This document shows, in pieces, positions 41,779 through 50,705 of a stretch of 64,000 bases of DNA. How positions within the stretch are numbered: the stretch's first letter is position 1; the number at the start of each line of letters is the position of its first letter. The notes beneath the pieces were generated by a model, which was given only the letters and a program-made list of their open reading frames with translations, ran no database searches and was not told the origin of the DNA. Source of the stretch: Candidatus Omnitrophota bacterium (GTDB lineage Bacteria > Omnitrophota > Gorgyraeia > Zapsychrales > Fredricksoniimonadaceae); contig CAIOPG010000006.1 in assembly GCA_903860135.1 (NCBI GenBank), forward strand, positions 21,117 through 85,116, read 5' to 3'. Made by a program: the position numbers and the translations under genes.

Positions 41779-43041
41779 ATGGACAAGATTATCATTGAAG
41801 GGGGCAAGCCCCTTAAAGGGGAAGTCAGTATCAGCGGATCTAAGAATGCGACCCTGCCGATTCTGGCAGCGACGCTGTTGACCGATGAAACATGTATTTT
41901 GCGCAATGTTCCCAAACTGCTGGATACGACCACCATGATCAAACTGCTCAAGTCATTGGGCAAGGATATAGAATGGGACAAGGACAAGTTGATCATCATG
42001 TCCGCCGGGCGACCGAATCCGGTAGCGGATTACAAACTCGTTTCGACCATGAGAGGTTCCATTTGCGTGCTGGGCCCGCTGTTGACAAAGCTGGGTGAGG
42101 CGCGGGTGTCGTTGCCGGGGGGTTGTGTTATCGGGGTGCGTCCGGTGGATTTGCATATCAAGGGAGTTGAAGCGCTCGGTGCCAAAGTGGATATCGAGGC
42201 CGGTTATATCCTTGCCAGGGCCAAACGCCTCAAGGGCACGCGCGTGTATCTTGGCGGCGCTTCGGGCCCGTCGGTGCTGGGCACAGCCAACATCATGATG
42301 GCCGCGACGCTGGCCGAAGGCGAGACGATCATTGAATGTGCCGCCTGTGAACCTGAAGTGGAAGATCTCGCCAATTTCCTGAACGAAATGGGCGCGCGGA
42401 TCAAGGGGCAGGGCAGTCCGCGCATCATTATCCAGGGCGTCAGAAAATTGCATGGCGCCGACTATAAAATATCACCGGACCGTATTGAGGCCGGCACGTT
42501 TGTGTTATTGGCGGCGATGGCGCGCAGTCACTTTGTTATCCGGGATATCGAGTATCATCAGTTGATGGCTCTGGAAGATGTGTTGCAAAAAGTAGGGGTT
42601 CACGTCGAGGCCGGCAAGAACATGGTTTCCGTTAAAGCCGCGAAGGTCATCAAGCCTGTCAGTATCACGACGTATCCTTTTCCGGGTTTCCCTACGGATT
42701 TGCAGGCGCAGTACATGGCCTTGATGACCCTGGCCGACGGCGTGAGCGTTATCCGTGATACGGTTTTTCCTGACCGTTTTATGCACATTGCCGAGCTCAA
42801 TCGCATGGGGGCGCAGATCCGCCGCGAGGGCGGCAGTGCGATCATCGAGGGCGGGCATGAGCTCAGCGGGGCACCGGTCATTGCTTCCGACCTGCGCGCT
42901 TCGGCGGCGCTGGTCATGGCCGGCCTAGTGGCTAAGGGGAAAACGGAGATCCGCCGCGTGTACCACCTTGACCGCGGGTATGAGAACATTGACAAGAAAC
43001 TGGTTGCGCTCGGTGCCAGCATCAAGCGTGAAAAAGAATAG
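41779..43041 (+). CDS. murA: UDP-N-acetylglucosamine 1-carboxyvinyltransferase
   Basis: GSKNA, PGGCVIGVRPVDLH, DRIEAGT, PGFPTDLQAQ, DLRAS, HLDRGY. Confidence 0.97.
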   Translation: MDKIIIEGGKPLKGEVSISGSKNATLPILAATLLTDETCILRNVPKLLDTTTMIKLLKSLGKDIEWDKDKLIIMSAGRPNPVADYKLVSTMRGSICVLGPLLTKLGEARVSLPGGCVIGVRPVDLHIKGVEALGAKVDIEAGYILARAKRLKGTRVYLGGASGPSVLGTANIMMAATLAEGETIIECAACEPEVEDLANFLNEMGARIKGQGSPRIIIQGVRKLHGADYKISPDRIEAGTFVLLAAMARSHFVIRDIEYHQLMALEDVLQKVGVHVEAGKNMVSVKAAKVIKPVSITTYPFPGFPTDLQAQYMALMTLADGVSVIRDTVFPDRFMHIAELNRMGAQIRREGGSAIIEGGHELSGAPVIASDLRASAALVMAGLVAKGKTEIRRVYHLDRGYENIDKKLVALGASIKREKE

Positions 43042-43048
43042 TTCAACG

Positions 43049-43073
43049 GTAGGGCCGGGTCTTTGAACCCGCC
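43049..43073 (+). repeat. GTAG-type REP-like palindrome (intergenic)
   Basis: GTAGGGCCGGGTCTTTGAACCCGCC resembles 11908-11933. Confidence 0.45.
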
Positions 43074-43086
43074 GGTGTGAGTCCCC

Positions 43087-43653
43087 ATGATCCTCATGAT
43101 CGACAACTACGATTCGTTCACGTACAACATCGTCCAGTATTTTGGCGAGTTGAAGGCGACAGTAAAAGTTTACCGCAATGACGCGATCACCGTCGAGGAG
43201 GTCATTCGTCTGGCGCCGGAACGTATTGTCGTATCACCCGGGCCCAGCAGCCCCGAGCATGCAGGTGTTTCCGTTGATGTTATCAGGTCGTTGGCAGGGA
43301 AATTGCCCATCCTGGGGGTTTGCCTTGGCCATCAGGCTATTGGTTATGCGTTTGGCGGCAAGATCATCAGGGCCGGCAAGCTGATGCACGGGAAGACCTC
43401 GCAGATCCGTCACGACGGTAAAGATTTGTTCAGAGGGCTTTCCAATCCGTTTGCCGCTACACGTTACCACTCGCTGGTCATAGAAGAGACAACGATCCCG
43501 GATTGTCTCGAGATCACAGCGCGTGCCGAAGATGATCATGAGATCATGGGGGTGCGCCACAAAACGCTTCCGATCTGGGGGGTGCAGTTTCATCCCGAGT
43601 CGATCCTGACCCTTGAAGGTAAAAAACTGCTCGCGAATTTCCTTGGGCTTTGA
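43087..43653 (+). CDS. trpG: Anthranilate/aminodeoxychorismate synthase component II (glutamine amidotransferase)
   Basis: [30 protein letters not shown]; heads a trp cluster. Confidence 0.93.
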   Translation: MILMIDNYDSFTYNIVQYFGELKATVKVYRNDAITVEEVIRLAPERIVVSPGPSSPEHAGVSVDVIRSLAGKLPILGVCLGHQAIGYAFGGKIIRAGKLMHGKTSQIRHDGKDLFRGLSNPFAATRYHSLVIEETTIPDCLEITARAEDDHEIMGVRHKTLPIWGVQFHPESILTLEGKKLLANFLGL

Positions 43654-43662
43654 GGGCTTGCC

Positions 43663-44676
43663 ATGCAAGACATCCTTGAAAAACTCCAGCATAAGAAAGA
43701 CCTGACGGACGTCGAGATGCGCGCGGCGATGACCGCGATCATGACCGGTTGCGTTCTTGATGCTGACATCCGCGAATTTCTTCTTGGCCTTAATGCCAAA
43801 GGGTTTACGGTCGAGGAGATCACGTCGGCGGCGGTGGTCATGCGGGAATGTGTGGTTGCCGTCGACACAGGTGCTGTGCGCGTGTTTGACATTGTCGGCA
43901 CAGGCGGTGATGCGCGCCATTCGTTCAACATTTCAACCACGGCGGCATTTGTGATTGCTGCTGGCGGGGTTAAGGTCGCCAAGCATGGCAATCGTTCAGT
44001 CTCAAGCCTTTGCGGCAGTGCGGATGTCCTTGAAGCGCTGGGCATCAACCTGGCCATGCCGCATGAGCGCCTGGCGGCATGCCTTGAAGCGGTCGGCATT
44101 GTCTTTCTTTTCGCCCAGCGGCATCATCCGGCGATGAAGCATGTCGCCCCTGTGCGTAAAGCCCTGGGGGTTAAAACCATTTTTAATATTCTTGGCCCCT
44201 TGACCAATCCGGCGTTTGCGGCCTGTCAGATGATGGGTGTTTACAGTTATCCGCTGGTTGAGCAGATGGCGCATGTCTTGAGGAATCTGGGTGCCGCGCG
44301 CGCAGTGGTGGTTCATAGCACTGACGGTCTCGACGAGATCTCGACGGCTGCGGAAACGTTCGTGAGTGAAGTGACCGACGGGACTGTGCGTTCCTACCGG
44401 ATCGTGCCTGAAACTTACGGGTTTACGCGCGCCGCAGAGGCTGATTTTAAGGGCGGCGACAAAGCTGTGAATGCGGCCATCCTGCGTGCTATACTGGCAG
44501 GGGAGCAAGGTCCTCGGAGGGATATTGTGCTGATGAATGCGGCTTTCGGCCTTTATGCGGCAGGGGTAGTTGACTCGCCGGCCGACGGACTGGAAAGGGC
44601 TAGAACCGTTATCGATAGCGGCGATGCTCTGCGCAAACTGGAACAACTGAAAGAGTTCACTAACTGTGGCTGCTGA
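43663..44676 (+). CDS. trpD: Anthranilate phosphoribosyltransferase
   Basis: GTGGD, FNIST, KHGNRS, GSADVLE, FNILGPLTNP, GLDE. Confidence 0.96.
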   Translation: MQDILEKLQHKKDLTDVEMRAAMTAIMTGCVLDADIREFLLGLNAKGFTVEEITSAAVVMRECVVAVDTGAVRVFDIVGTGGDARHSFNISTTAAFVIAAGGVKVAKHGNRSVSSLCGSADVLEALGINLAMPHERLAACLEAVGIVFLFAQRHHPAMKHVAPVRKALGVKTIFNILGPLTNPAFAACQMMGVYSYPLVEQMAHVLRNLGAARAVVVHSTDGLDEISTAAETFVSEVTDGTVRSYRIVPETYGFTRAAEADFKGGDKAVNAAILRAILAGEQGPRRDIVLMNAAFGLYAAGVVDSPADGLERARTVIDSGDALRKLEQLKEFTNCGC

Positions 44677-45451
44677 TTTCCTGAAAACGATCCTCGACAA
44701 GAAACGCGCGCACAATGAGCGCAAGCGGCCGTTTTTTGACAATATCCGCAAGCATTTAGATGCGTCCAGCTACACACGGTATGGTTTGTTCCGCCAGGCT
44801 ATTGCCCGTCCGGGGGCGGTCAACTTGATCGCTGAGATCAAGAAGGCCTCTCCTTCCAAAGGCGTGATCCGTCAGGATTTTAATCCCGGCGTCCTGGCCG
44901 GTGCGTATGAAGCGGCCGGTGCCGCTGCGATCTCGGTCCTGACTGAAGAAGATTATTTCATGGGAAAGTCGGCGTACCTGAAATTGGTGAGCGAAAAGTT
45001 CAATACCCCGACGCTGATGAAAGATTTTATCATTGATGAGGGTCAGATCTACGAGGCGCGGTATTGTGGTGCAAGCGCGGCTCTGCTGATCATGGCGGCA
45101 CTTTCTGACGAAGAAGTCCGTCGTTTCTTGACCCTGGGGGAACGGTTGGATGTGGACTGCCTCGTGGAGGTTCATCATGAAGAGGAGCTTGCCCGGGCCC
45201 TTGATTGCGGGGCCGGGATCATTGGCATCAATAACCGTGATCTGCGCACGTTCACGGTGGACATTGCCGTCAGCGAACGCATGGTCGCGCGCATTCCGGC
45301 GGGTAAGGTTATTGTCTCTGAGAGCGGTATCAGCACTCACGCGCAGGTTGTCCGGCTGCAACAGGCCGGGGTGCATGCGGTGTTGATTGGAGAAACATTC
45401 TTGCGTGAGCGGGATATTGGAAAAAAGATCAAAGAAGTCATGTTCGGTTAA
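44666..45451 (+). CDS. trpC: Indole-3-glycerol phosphate synthase
   Basis: IAEIKKASPSKG, ISVLTE, KDFI, LVEVH, GINNRDL, SESGI. Confidence 0.96.
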   Translation: MAADFLKTILDKKRAHNERKRPFFDNIRKHLDASSYTRYGLFRQAIARPGAVNLIAEIKKASPSKGVIRQDFNPGVLAGAYEAAGAAAISVLTEEDYFMGKSAYLKLVSEKFNTPTLMKDFIIDEGQIYEARYCGASAALLIMAALSDEEVRRFLTLGERLDVDCLVEVHHEEELARALDCGAGIIGINNRDLRTFTVDIAVSERMVARIPAGKVIVSESGISTHAQVVRLQQAGVHAVLIGETFLRERDIGKKIKEVMFG

Positions 45452-45453
45452 TG

Positions 45454-45491
45454 TTCCCCGTCCCCGTTGCGGGAAGGGTTAGAAAAGGGTG
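45454..45491 (+). repeat. C-rich/G-rich palindromic intergenic element
   Basis: TTCCCCGTCCCCGTTGCGGGAAGGGTTAGAAAAGGGTG, same architecture as the in-frame elements at 11959 and 55514. Confidence 0.4.
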
Positions 45492-45496
45492 ATCCA

Positions 45497-46120
45497 ATGG
45501 TCAGAATCAAGATTTGTGGTATTACGGATAAAGATGATGCTTTCAAGGCCGTCAAGTTCGGGGCCGATGCGCTGGGGTTTGTTTTTACAAAGAAAAGCCC
45601 GCGCTATGTGTCGCCGTCGCGCGCGCGCAATATCATTTCGATCCTCCCGCCGTTCATCACGATGGTGGGGGTGTTTGTGAACGAGCGTCAGGGTGCTGTC
45701 AATGACATCATTTCTTTTGCCGGACTGAATGCGGTTCAGCTGCATGGCGACGAGGATCCCCAGTATGTTAGCCGCCTGAAACGCGGCAACTGCCAGGTCA
45801 TCAAGGCCTTCAGGGTGGGGGCTGGTTTTGATTTCAGCAGCATCAATAAATATGATGTCAACGGCATCCTGTTTGATGCTTACCAGGACGATGCTTTTGG
45901 TGGTACAGGGAAAACGTTCAACTGGGAACTGCTCCGCCAGGCCGATATCAAAAAGCCGTATATTCTTTCGGGCGGATTGAACCAGGAAAATATCCTTGAG
46001 GCGGTGACGCTGTTGAAGCCGTATGCCGTGGATGTTTCCACCGGCGTAGAGGCCGAACCGGGAAAGAAAGATCATCGCAAGATGATGTCGTTCATCCAGA
46101 ATGCCAGGATAACCGTGTGA
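45497..46120 (+). CDS. trpF: Phosphoribosylanthranilate isomerase
   Basis: IKICGIT, SPRYV, VQLHGDE, GGTGKTFNW, SGGL, VDVSTGVE; start ATG 45497. Confidence 0.96.
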   Translation: MVRIKICGITDKDDAFKAVKFGADALGFVFTKKSPRYVSPSRARNIISILPPFITMVGVFVNERQGAVNDIISFAGLNAVQLHGDEDPQYVSRLKRGNCQVIKAFRVGAGFDFSSINKYDVNGILFDAYQDDAFGGTGKTFNWELLRQADIKKPYILSGGLNQENILEAVTLLKPYAVDVSTGVEAEPGKKDHRKMMSFIQNARITV

Positions 46121-46148
46121 GATGAAAATCATCGTTTTTCGTCAGCCC

Positions 46149-46178
46149 TTGTTTTGTAAAAGTCCCGTATGTTATATT
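46149..46178 (+). promoter_or_regulatory. Putative sigma70 promoter for the orphan riboswitch RNA
   Basis: TTGTTT-18 nt-TATATT with extended TG, immediately upstream of the aptamer. Confidence 0.5.
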
Positions 46179-46184
46179 TCTTAT

Positions 46185-46316
46185 AGCCGATAAAGGTAAA
46201 CCCGGGGAAACCCGGGGACACAAAGCGACAGACCTAATGTGCGCCATCGGGTAGTTGGGTGAAGGTGTTGATGGGGTTTTGTGGTTGGCGTAAGATGGTG
46301 GCTGCGTTGCCGAAGC
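46185..46316 (+). ncRNA. c-di-GMP-I (GEMM-I) aptamer with extended P3 and no downstream gene
   Basis: AAAGGTAAA-CCCGGG GAAA CCCGGG-GACACAAAGC...CCTAA...ATGG...GTTGCCGAA; GAAA tetraloop plus CCTAA/ATGG receptor; GT/AC covariation where the consensus has GC/GC; position-20 equivalent is G (46195). Confidence 0.85.
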
Positions 46317-46364
46317 GCGAGGGGAGATTCCCCAGCTTTTATCGGCTATAGTTGATCTTGAAAT

Positions 46365-46394
46365 AAAAAAGGGAGCCGTTTGGCTCCCTTTTTT
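46365..46394. terminator. Bidirectional intrinsic terminator
   Basis: AAAAAAGGGAGCC-GTTT-GGCTCCCTTTTTT between convergent transcripts. Confidence 0.88.
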
Positions 46395-46412
46395 GTGGTC
46401 AGGAATAATATT

Positions 46413-47423
46413 TTATTCGATCGGGATAATGATAACCGTGCCCTTTTTCAGCTTGTTGGGATTCTTGATGCGGTTCTGGTTGATCTCATAAAGATATTTC
46501 CAGCGGTTGCCGTTGCCCATCTCATTCTTGGCGATCTTCCAGAGGGAATCATTGGGCTGAATCGTGTATTCACGTGTTGAAACATTCGGAGCGGACTCCA
46601 GGTTTTCTTTCTGCTCCATCGTGAATTTGTTTGGATCCTGGTTTTCAACAACAGCATCGGCCGGGATCTGGTCGGCGGGGACATTGAATTCCTCGACTTC
46701 GGCGATCATGAACTGGGCGTTTCTGTCTTTCTGCATGCCGGCCAGATCTTTTACCGGGGCCACAGCATCGAGCTTGCCGCGGGAAACGATCTTGATGCGT
46801 TCTTCGGCGATGCCACTGCGCAACATATAACCCTTGACGGCATCACTGCGTTTCTTGCCCAGCTTGAGGTTGTATTCATCTGAACCGCGCGCATCGCAAT
46901 TGCCTGTAATAAGGATGGATGCTTCGGGATTTTTCTCGAGCGTCTTTACCGCTTTGCTCAGGATAGGGATGTGGTCATCGCGCAATTCCGCTTTGTTGTA
47001 ATCAAAGTAAATTTTGACATTCCGGATGATCTTTTTAATGAGCAGCGATGCTTTGGGAGCAGCTGCCTGGGGTTCCACCGGTTTGACTTCCTCATTGTTC
47101 TGTCCATCATTGGCTTGGTAGTCATAGATCACTTTAAGTACATAAACGTAGCCACGGTTGCCCCAGTCTTTCTTGACTGAACCAGCCTGTTTGGGCCACC
47201 ACCAGAAACCGCCGCGGGCATCCTTCACCGGAGCCGGTAAGGCATCGGTGGGCCACCAGCTGAAGCGTTGCTGAAGGACCTTTAAATCACCGTCGCGCTT
47301 TGCCTCGCGCGCCGCCTTGGTAACAAACTGCGCATGGGCGGTGGTTGGCAGTGTCAGTACGGCTGCAAAAACCGTCAGGCATACCAATAAAACATTGCGG
47401 GAAAAACTGGAACTTTTGTTCAT
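46413..47423 (-). CDS. Exported OmpA-like (peptidoglycan-binding) plus LysM protein
   Basis: Signal peptide from ATG 47423; IYFDYNKAEL, ITGNCDARGSDEYNLKLG..R; C-terminal YTIQPNDSLWKIA...IYEIN..I.NP..L..G LysM. Confidence 0.88.
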   Translation of the reverse strand: MNKSSSFSRNVLLVCLTVFAAVLTLPTTAHAQFVTKAAREAKRDGDLKVLQQRFSWWPTDALPAPVKDARGGFWWWPKQAGSVKKDWGNRGYVYVLKVIYDYQANDGQNNEEVKPVEPQAAAPKASLLIKKIIRNVKIYFDYNKAELRDDHIPILSKAVKTLEKNPEASILITGNCDARGSDEYNLKLGKKRSDAVKGYMLRSGIAEERIKIVSRGKLDAVAPVKDLAGMQKDRNAQFMIAEVEEFNVPADQIPADAVVENQDPNKFTMEQKENLESAPNVSTREYTIQPNDSLWKIAKNEMGNGNRWKYLYEINQNRIKNPNKLKKGTVIIIPIE

Positions 47424-47524
47424 AAGAACCCCTTTGATGATATTTAAAATATAAGATAGGTTTGATAATATCATATTTTCAAGAAAGCGGAATAAAAGTT
47501 TTGGTTTTGTGGTATAAGAGGAGT

Positions 47525-48061
47525 ATGGATTTTCAACAAGCATGGGAAGAAACCCTGAAAAATACACAGATCGTGCGCCGGCGTGTTTCCTCTTTACATA
47601 CGTTCGACGATACCCGTGTGCCGTATATGTTTTTATCCCCTTCTTTAATCAACGACGGGGATACGGTTGTGCGTAAAGGGGAAGTGGTGGTGCAGAAGCC
47701 GTCGTTGATCCTTCCTCCCAATATGCCCCGTTTTGACGGTTTTGATTTCGGGCAGGAAGCGGATGCGGATCAGGGGGCGGTCGTCAGTTTTCTCATGATG
47801 CGCGGCATATCTTTCCCTTCGATGAAATACAACAATACAACGCATTCCCTTGATGTTTTTGAGGGTGGGATTGACCGTGCGGTGTCATTCTTTGCCAATC
47901 AACTTGAGCGTGAGGAAAATGTGTCCTGCGGCCTTGTCACGGGTCATGAAGAAACCTGGCCTTTTTCCATCCTTATTTTTATTTGTGCCCAGGTCGCGCG
48001 CAATAGTGAATTTGACCTTAATCGCCTGATGGACGATTATCGCCGCCATCATCCAGACTAA
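47525..48061 (+). CDS. Hypothetical protein
   Basis: SD GAGGAG before ATG 47525; compact ORF with natural composition; no family recognised. Confidence 0.7.
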   Translation: MDFQQAWEETLKNTQIVRRRVSSLHTFDDTRVPYMFLSPSLINDGDTVVRKGEVVVQKPSLILPPNMPRFDGFDFGQEADADQGAVVSFLMMRGISFPSMKYNNTTHSLDVFEGGIDRAVSFFANQLEREENVSCGLVTGHEETWPFSILIFICAQVARNSEFDLNRLMDDYRRHHPD

Positions 48062-48077
48062 TTATATAGGGAGATCC

Positions 48078-50654
48078 ATGCAACGCATTCTTCAGGTGAT
48101 AATCGCTGGATGTATTCTTTTTCTGGCTTCAATAGCCGGAGCCGATGTCCAGAGTTTCACGCTCGATAACGGACTGACGGTGCTTGTTACCGAAATGCCA
48201 TCATCCCCGGTGGCGGCTGTCTATGTTTGGGTTAAGACGGGAGCCGCCAATGAAGGGCAGTTCATCGGCAGTGGGATCACGCATTTTGTGGAACACATGG
48301 TTTTCAAAGGCACAGCCCGGCGTGCGGCAGGAGTTATTCCTGAAGAGGCGCGCGCCATGGGCGGGTATATCAATGCGTCAACGGGTTATGATCATACGTC
48401 GTATATCCTGAGTGTGCCTCCAGAGAAACTGTCCGGTGCCTTTGACCTTCTTTCGGATATGGTGATGAAGCCTGCGTTCGATCCTATTGAATTGGAGCGC
48501 GAGCGTGAGGTCATTATCAAGGAAATGCGGATGCTCCGTGACAAGCCTGACCGTCGGCTCAATGAGCTGGTTTACAGCACGGTTTATCATGTTCATCCGT
48601 ATCAATTTTCGATCATCGGCAGGGAAGATGTCTTTCTTACGCTTCAATGCGCGGATCTTCAGGAATATCATCGCCAGCTTTATGTCCCCAACAACATGAT
48701 CATCGCTGTTGCCGGAGGTGTCCGGGCAGAGGAGGTCGTTGCGCTTGTTAAAAACTTCTTTGATGGTTATCCGGCGCGGTCGTTTCCGTTGAGGAATTTG
48801 CCGCAGGAGCCTGAACAGATCAGCCAAAGAACTGTTGCGGAGGCGTATCCCACAGAGTTGACGCGCGTTATGATGGCTTATCAGGGCGTCCCTTTGCTTG
48901 ACCGCGATCTTTATGCGCTTGATGTGCTGGCCATGGCGATGGGCGAGGGAGAAAGCTCCCGTCTTTATCAGGAGCTTTACAAGCAACGCCGGCTGGTCGA
49001 ATCTATATCGGCAGGCAATTACACACCGCAGGATCGCGGGTTCTTTGAGATTTCATTGATGGTCAAAGGGCAGGATCCGGCGGTGGCTGTATCTGCCGTC
49101 GAGTCTATGGTCGCGCGCGTGAAAAAACAGGGGCTTTTTCCCGATGAGCTCAACAAGGTCAAGCGGCAGGTGGTGGCGGATAATATTTATGAACGCCAGA
49201 CCGCCGAAGGGATGGCCTGGAAGTCAGCGGCGGATCTTGCGTTCACGGGAGACAAGGATTTCTCGGCGCACTACATCCAGGGGATTCGCGCGGTTACGAC
49301 GGAAGATATCAGGCGCGTGGCCGTTCGTTATTTGATACCGTCGCACCTGAATGTTGTGACCCTGAAACCTGATGTTAAAGAAGGTTCATTAAAGGTGGCT
49401 GAGGTACCGACGGCGACTGATATAGATAAGATCGTTTTGCCTAATGGGCTTGTCCTTCTTCTCAAGGAAGATCACACCCTGCCGCTGGTTTCTGTCAATG
49501 CCGTCTTTAATGGCGGGATGCGCCTAGAGACCCTCGAGAAGAATGGTTTAACGTCCTTGTTGGGTGCGGTATGGGATAAGGGGCTTCCGGGGGCGTCTGC
49601 CATGACGATCGCCAACGCCATCGAGTCGCGTGGGGCTTCTTTATCAAGCTATGCCGGGCGCAACAGCATCGGCCTTGGCATGACGTTCCTGCGCGAAGAC
49701 ATGCCATTGATGATGGGGTATTTCGAGAAGTTTATCACGGGTCCTTCTTTCCCGCCCGATGAGATCGCCAAGGCCAGGGAAGAGTTGCGGACGGCGCTGA
49801 TCGAGCGTAAGGACAATATCATGCAGATATCATCGCGCGCCCTTATAGAGGATCTTTATCAAACACATCCTTTTCGCTTAGACGGCCTTGGTTCGGCGGA
49901 AAGCCTTGGGCGCGTTGCACGGACCGATATCCTTGATGTTTTTCATCGATGCGTACGACCGGACAATGGTGTTATCGCCGTATTTGGGGATATTGACAAG
50001 GCGGCGGTCCGTCGGGATATTGAACGCCGTTTGGGCATGTTAAAGCCTGGCAAACTTGAATTACCTCTATTTACAGAGGCCCCAGGGATTGCCTTGCGGG
50101 TTCGGGATATTTCTTCGCCAAAGAACCAGGCCGCGGTGCTTTTTGGATTTCGTGGACCATGGATCGCCTCGCCAGATCGTTATGCCACCGAGGTGATGGT
50201 AAACATTCTCGGTTCTTCGCTGGGAGGCCGGATATTTAAACGGGTGCGCGATGAGCTTGGGAAGGCTTACGCGGTCAGCGGCGGGATCACCTCCGGGGTT
50301 GATGCCGGGATGATTAGTTTTTTTGCCTTGACCAGCAATGAAGGGATCCCTTTGGTAAGGGCGATCATGGAAGAAGAGTTTGCGCGTATCCGACGTGAAT
50401 CTGTGTCGGCACAGGAGCTCGCCGCGGCCAAGATCTACCTGCAAAGTGCCATGGCCAGAAGTCAGCAGGCAATCGGGGCACAGTCTGCGACGCGGGCGGG
50501 GGATGAGCTTGCAGGGCTTGGCTATGCCAATGCCGCTCACTATGCCGAGCGCATTGCCGCCGTGACGGCCAACGACGTGGTTCAGGCGGCCATGGTCTAT
50601 CTGGATATTTCCAGCGCGGCGTTAACCGTCGTCCATGCCGCTGATAAAAAGTAA
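48078..50654 (+). CDS. M16 (pitrilysin/insulinase) zinc peptidase, two-module, exported
   Basis: Signal peptide, LDNGL, HFVEH (HxxEH), NASTGYD, second LPNGL module lacking the motif. Confidence 0.92.
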   Translation: MQRILQVIIAGCILFLASIAGADVQSFTLDNGLTVLVTEMPSSPVAAVYVWVKTGAANEGQFIGSGITHFVEHMVFKGTARRAAGVIPEEARAMGGYINASTGYDHTSYILSVPPEKLSGAFDLLSDMVMKPAFDPIELEREREVIIKEMRMLRDKPDRRLNELVYSTVYHVHPYQFSIIGREDVFLTLQCADLQEYHRQLYVPNNMIIAVAGGVRAEEVVALVKNFFDGYPARSFPLRNLPQEPEQISQRTVAEAYPTELTRVMMAYQGVPLLDRDLYALDVLAMAMGEGESSRLYQELYKQRRLVESISAGNYTPQDRGFFEISLMVKGQDPAVAVSAVESMVARVKKQGLFPDELNKVKRQVVADNIYERQTAEGMAWKSAADLAFTGDKDFSAHYIQGIRAVTTEDIRRVAVRYLIPSHLNVVTLKPDVKEGSLKVAEVPTATDIDKIVLPNGLVLLLKEDHTLPLVSVNAVFNGGMRLETLEKNGLTSLLGAVWDKGLPGASAMTIANAIESRGASLSSYAGRNSIGLGMTFLREDMPLMMGYFEKFITGPSFPPDEIAKAREELRTALIERKDNIMQISSRALIEDLYQTHPFRLDGLGSAESLGRVARTDILDVFHRCVRPDNGVIAVFGDIDKAAVRRDIERRLGMLKPGKLELPLFTEAPGIALRVRDISSPKNQAAVLFGFRGPWIASPDRYATEVMVNILGSSLGGRIFKRVRDELGKAYAVSGGITSGVDAGMISFFALTSNEGIPLVRAIMEEEFARIRRESVSAQELAAAKIYLQSAMARSQQAIGAQSATRAGDELAGLGYANAAHYAERIAAVTANDVVQAAMVYLDISSAALTVVHAADKK

Positions 50655-50705
50655 CGGAAAAAATTTTAAAATAATATTTGATAATACTAGATCGAGGGCA
50701 ATCCA

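Noticed and set aside
41779-43041. Fosfomycin-resistant MurA
   Set aside because: The active-site Cys (PGGC) is retained.
47424-47567. N-terminal extensions of the OmpA-LysM ORF and the divergent 199 aa ORF
   Set aside because: They overlap each other across an AT-rich divergent promoter region; better starts are 47423 (-) and 47525 (+).
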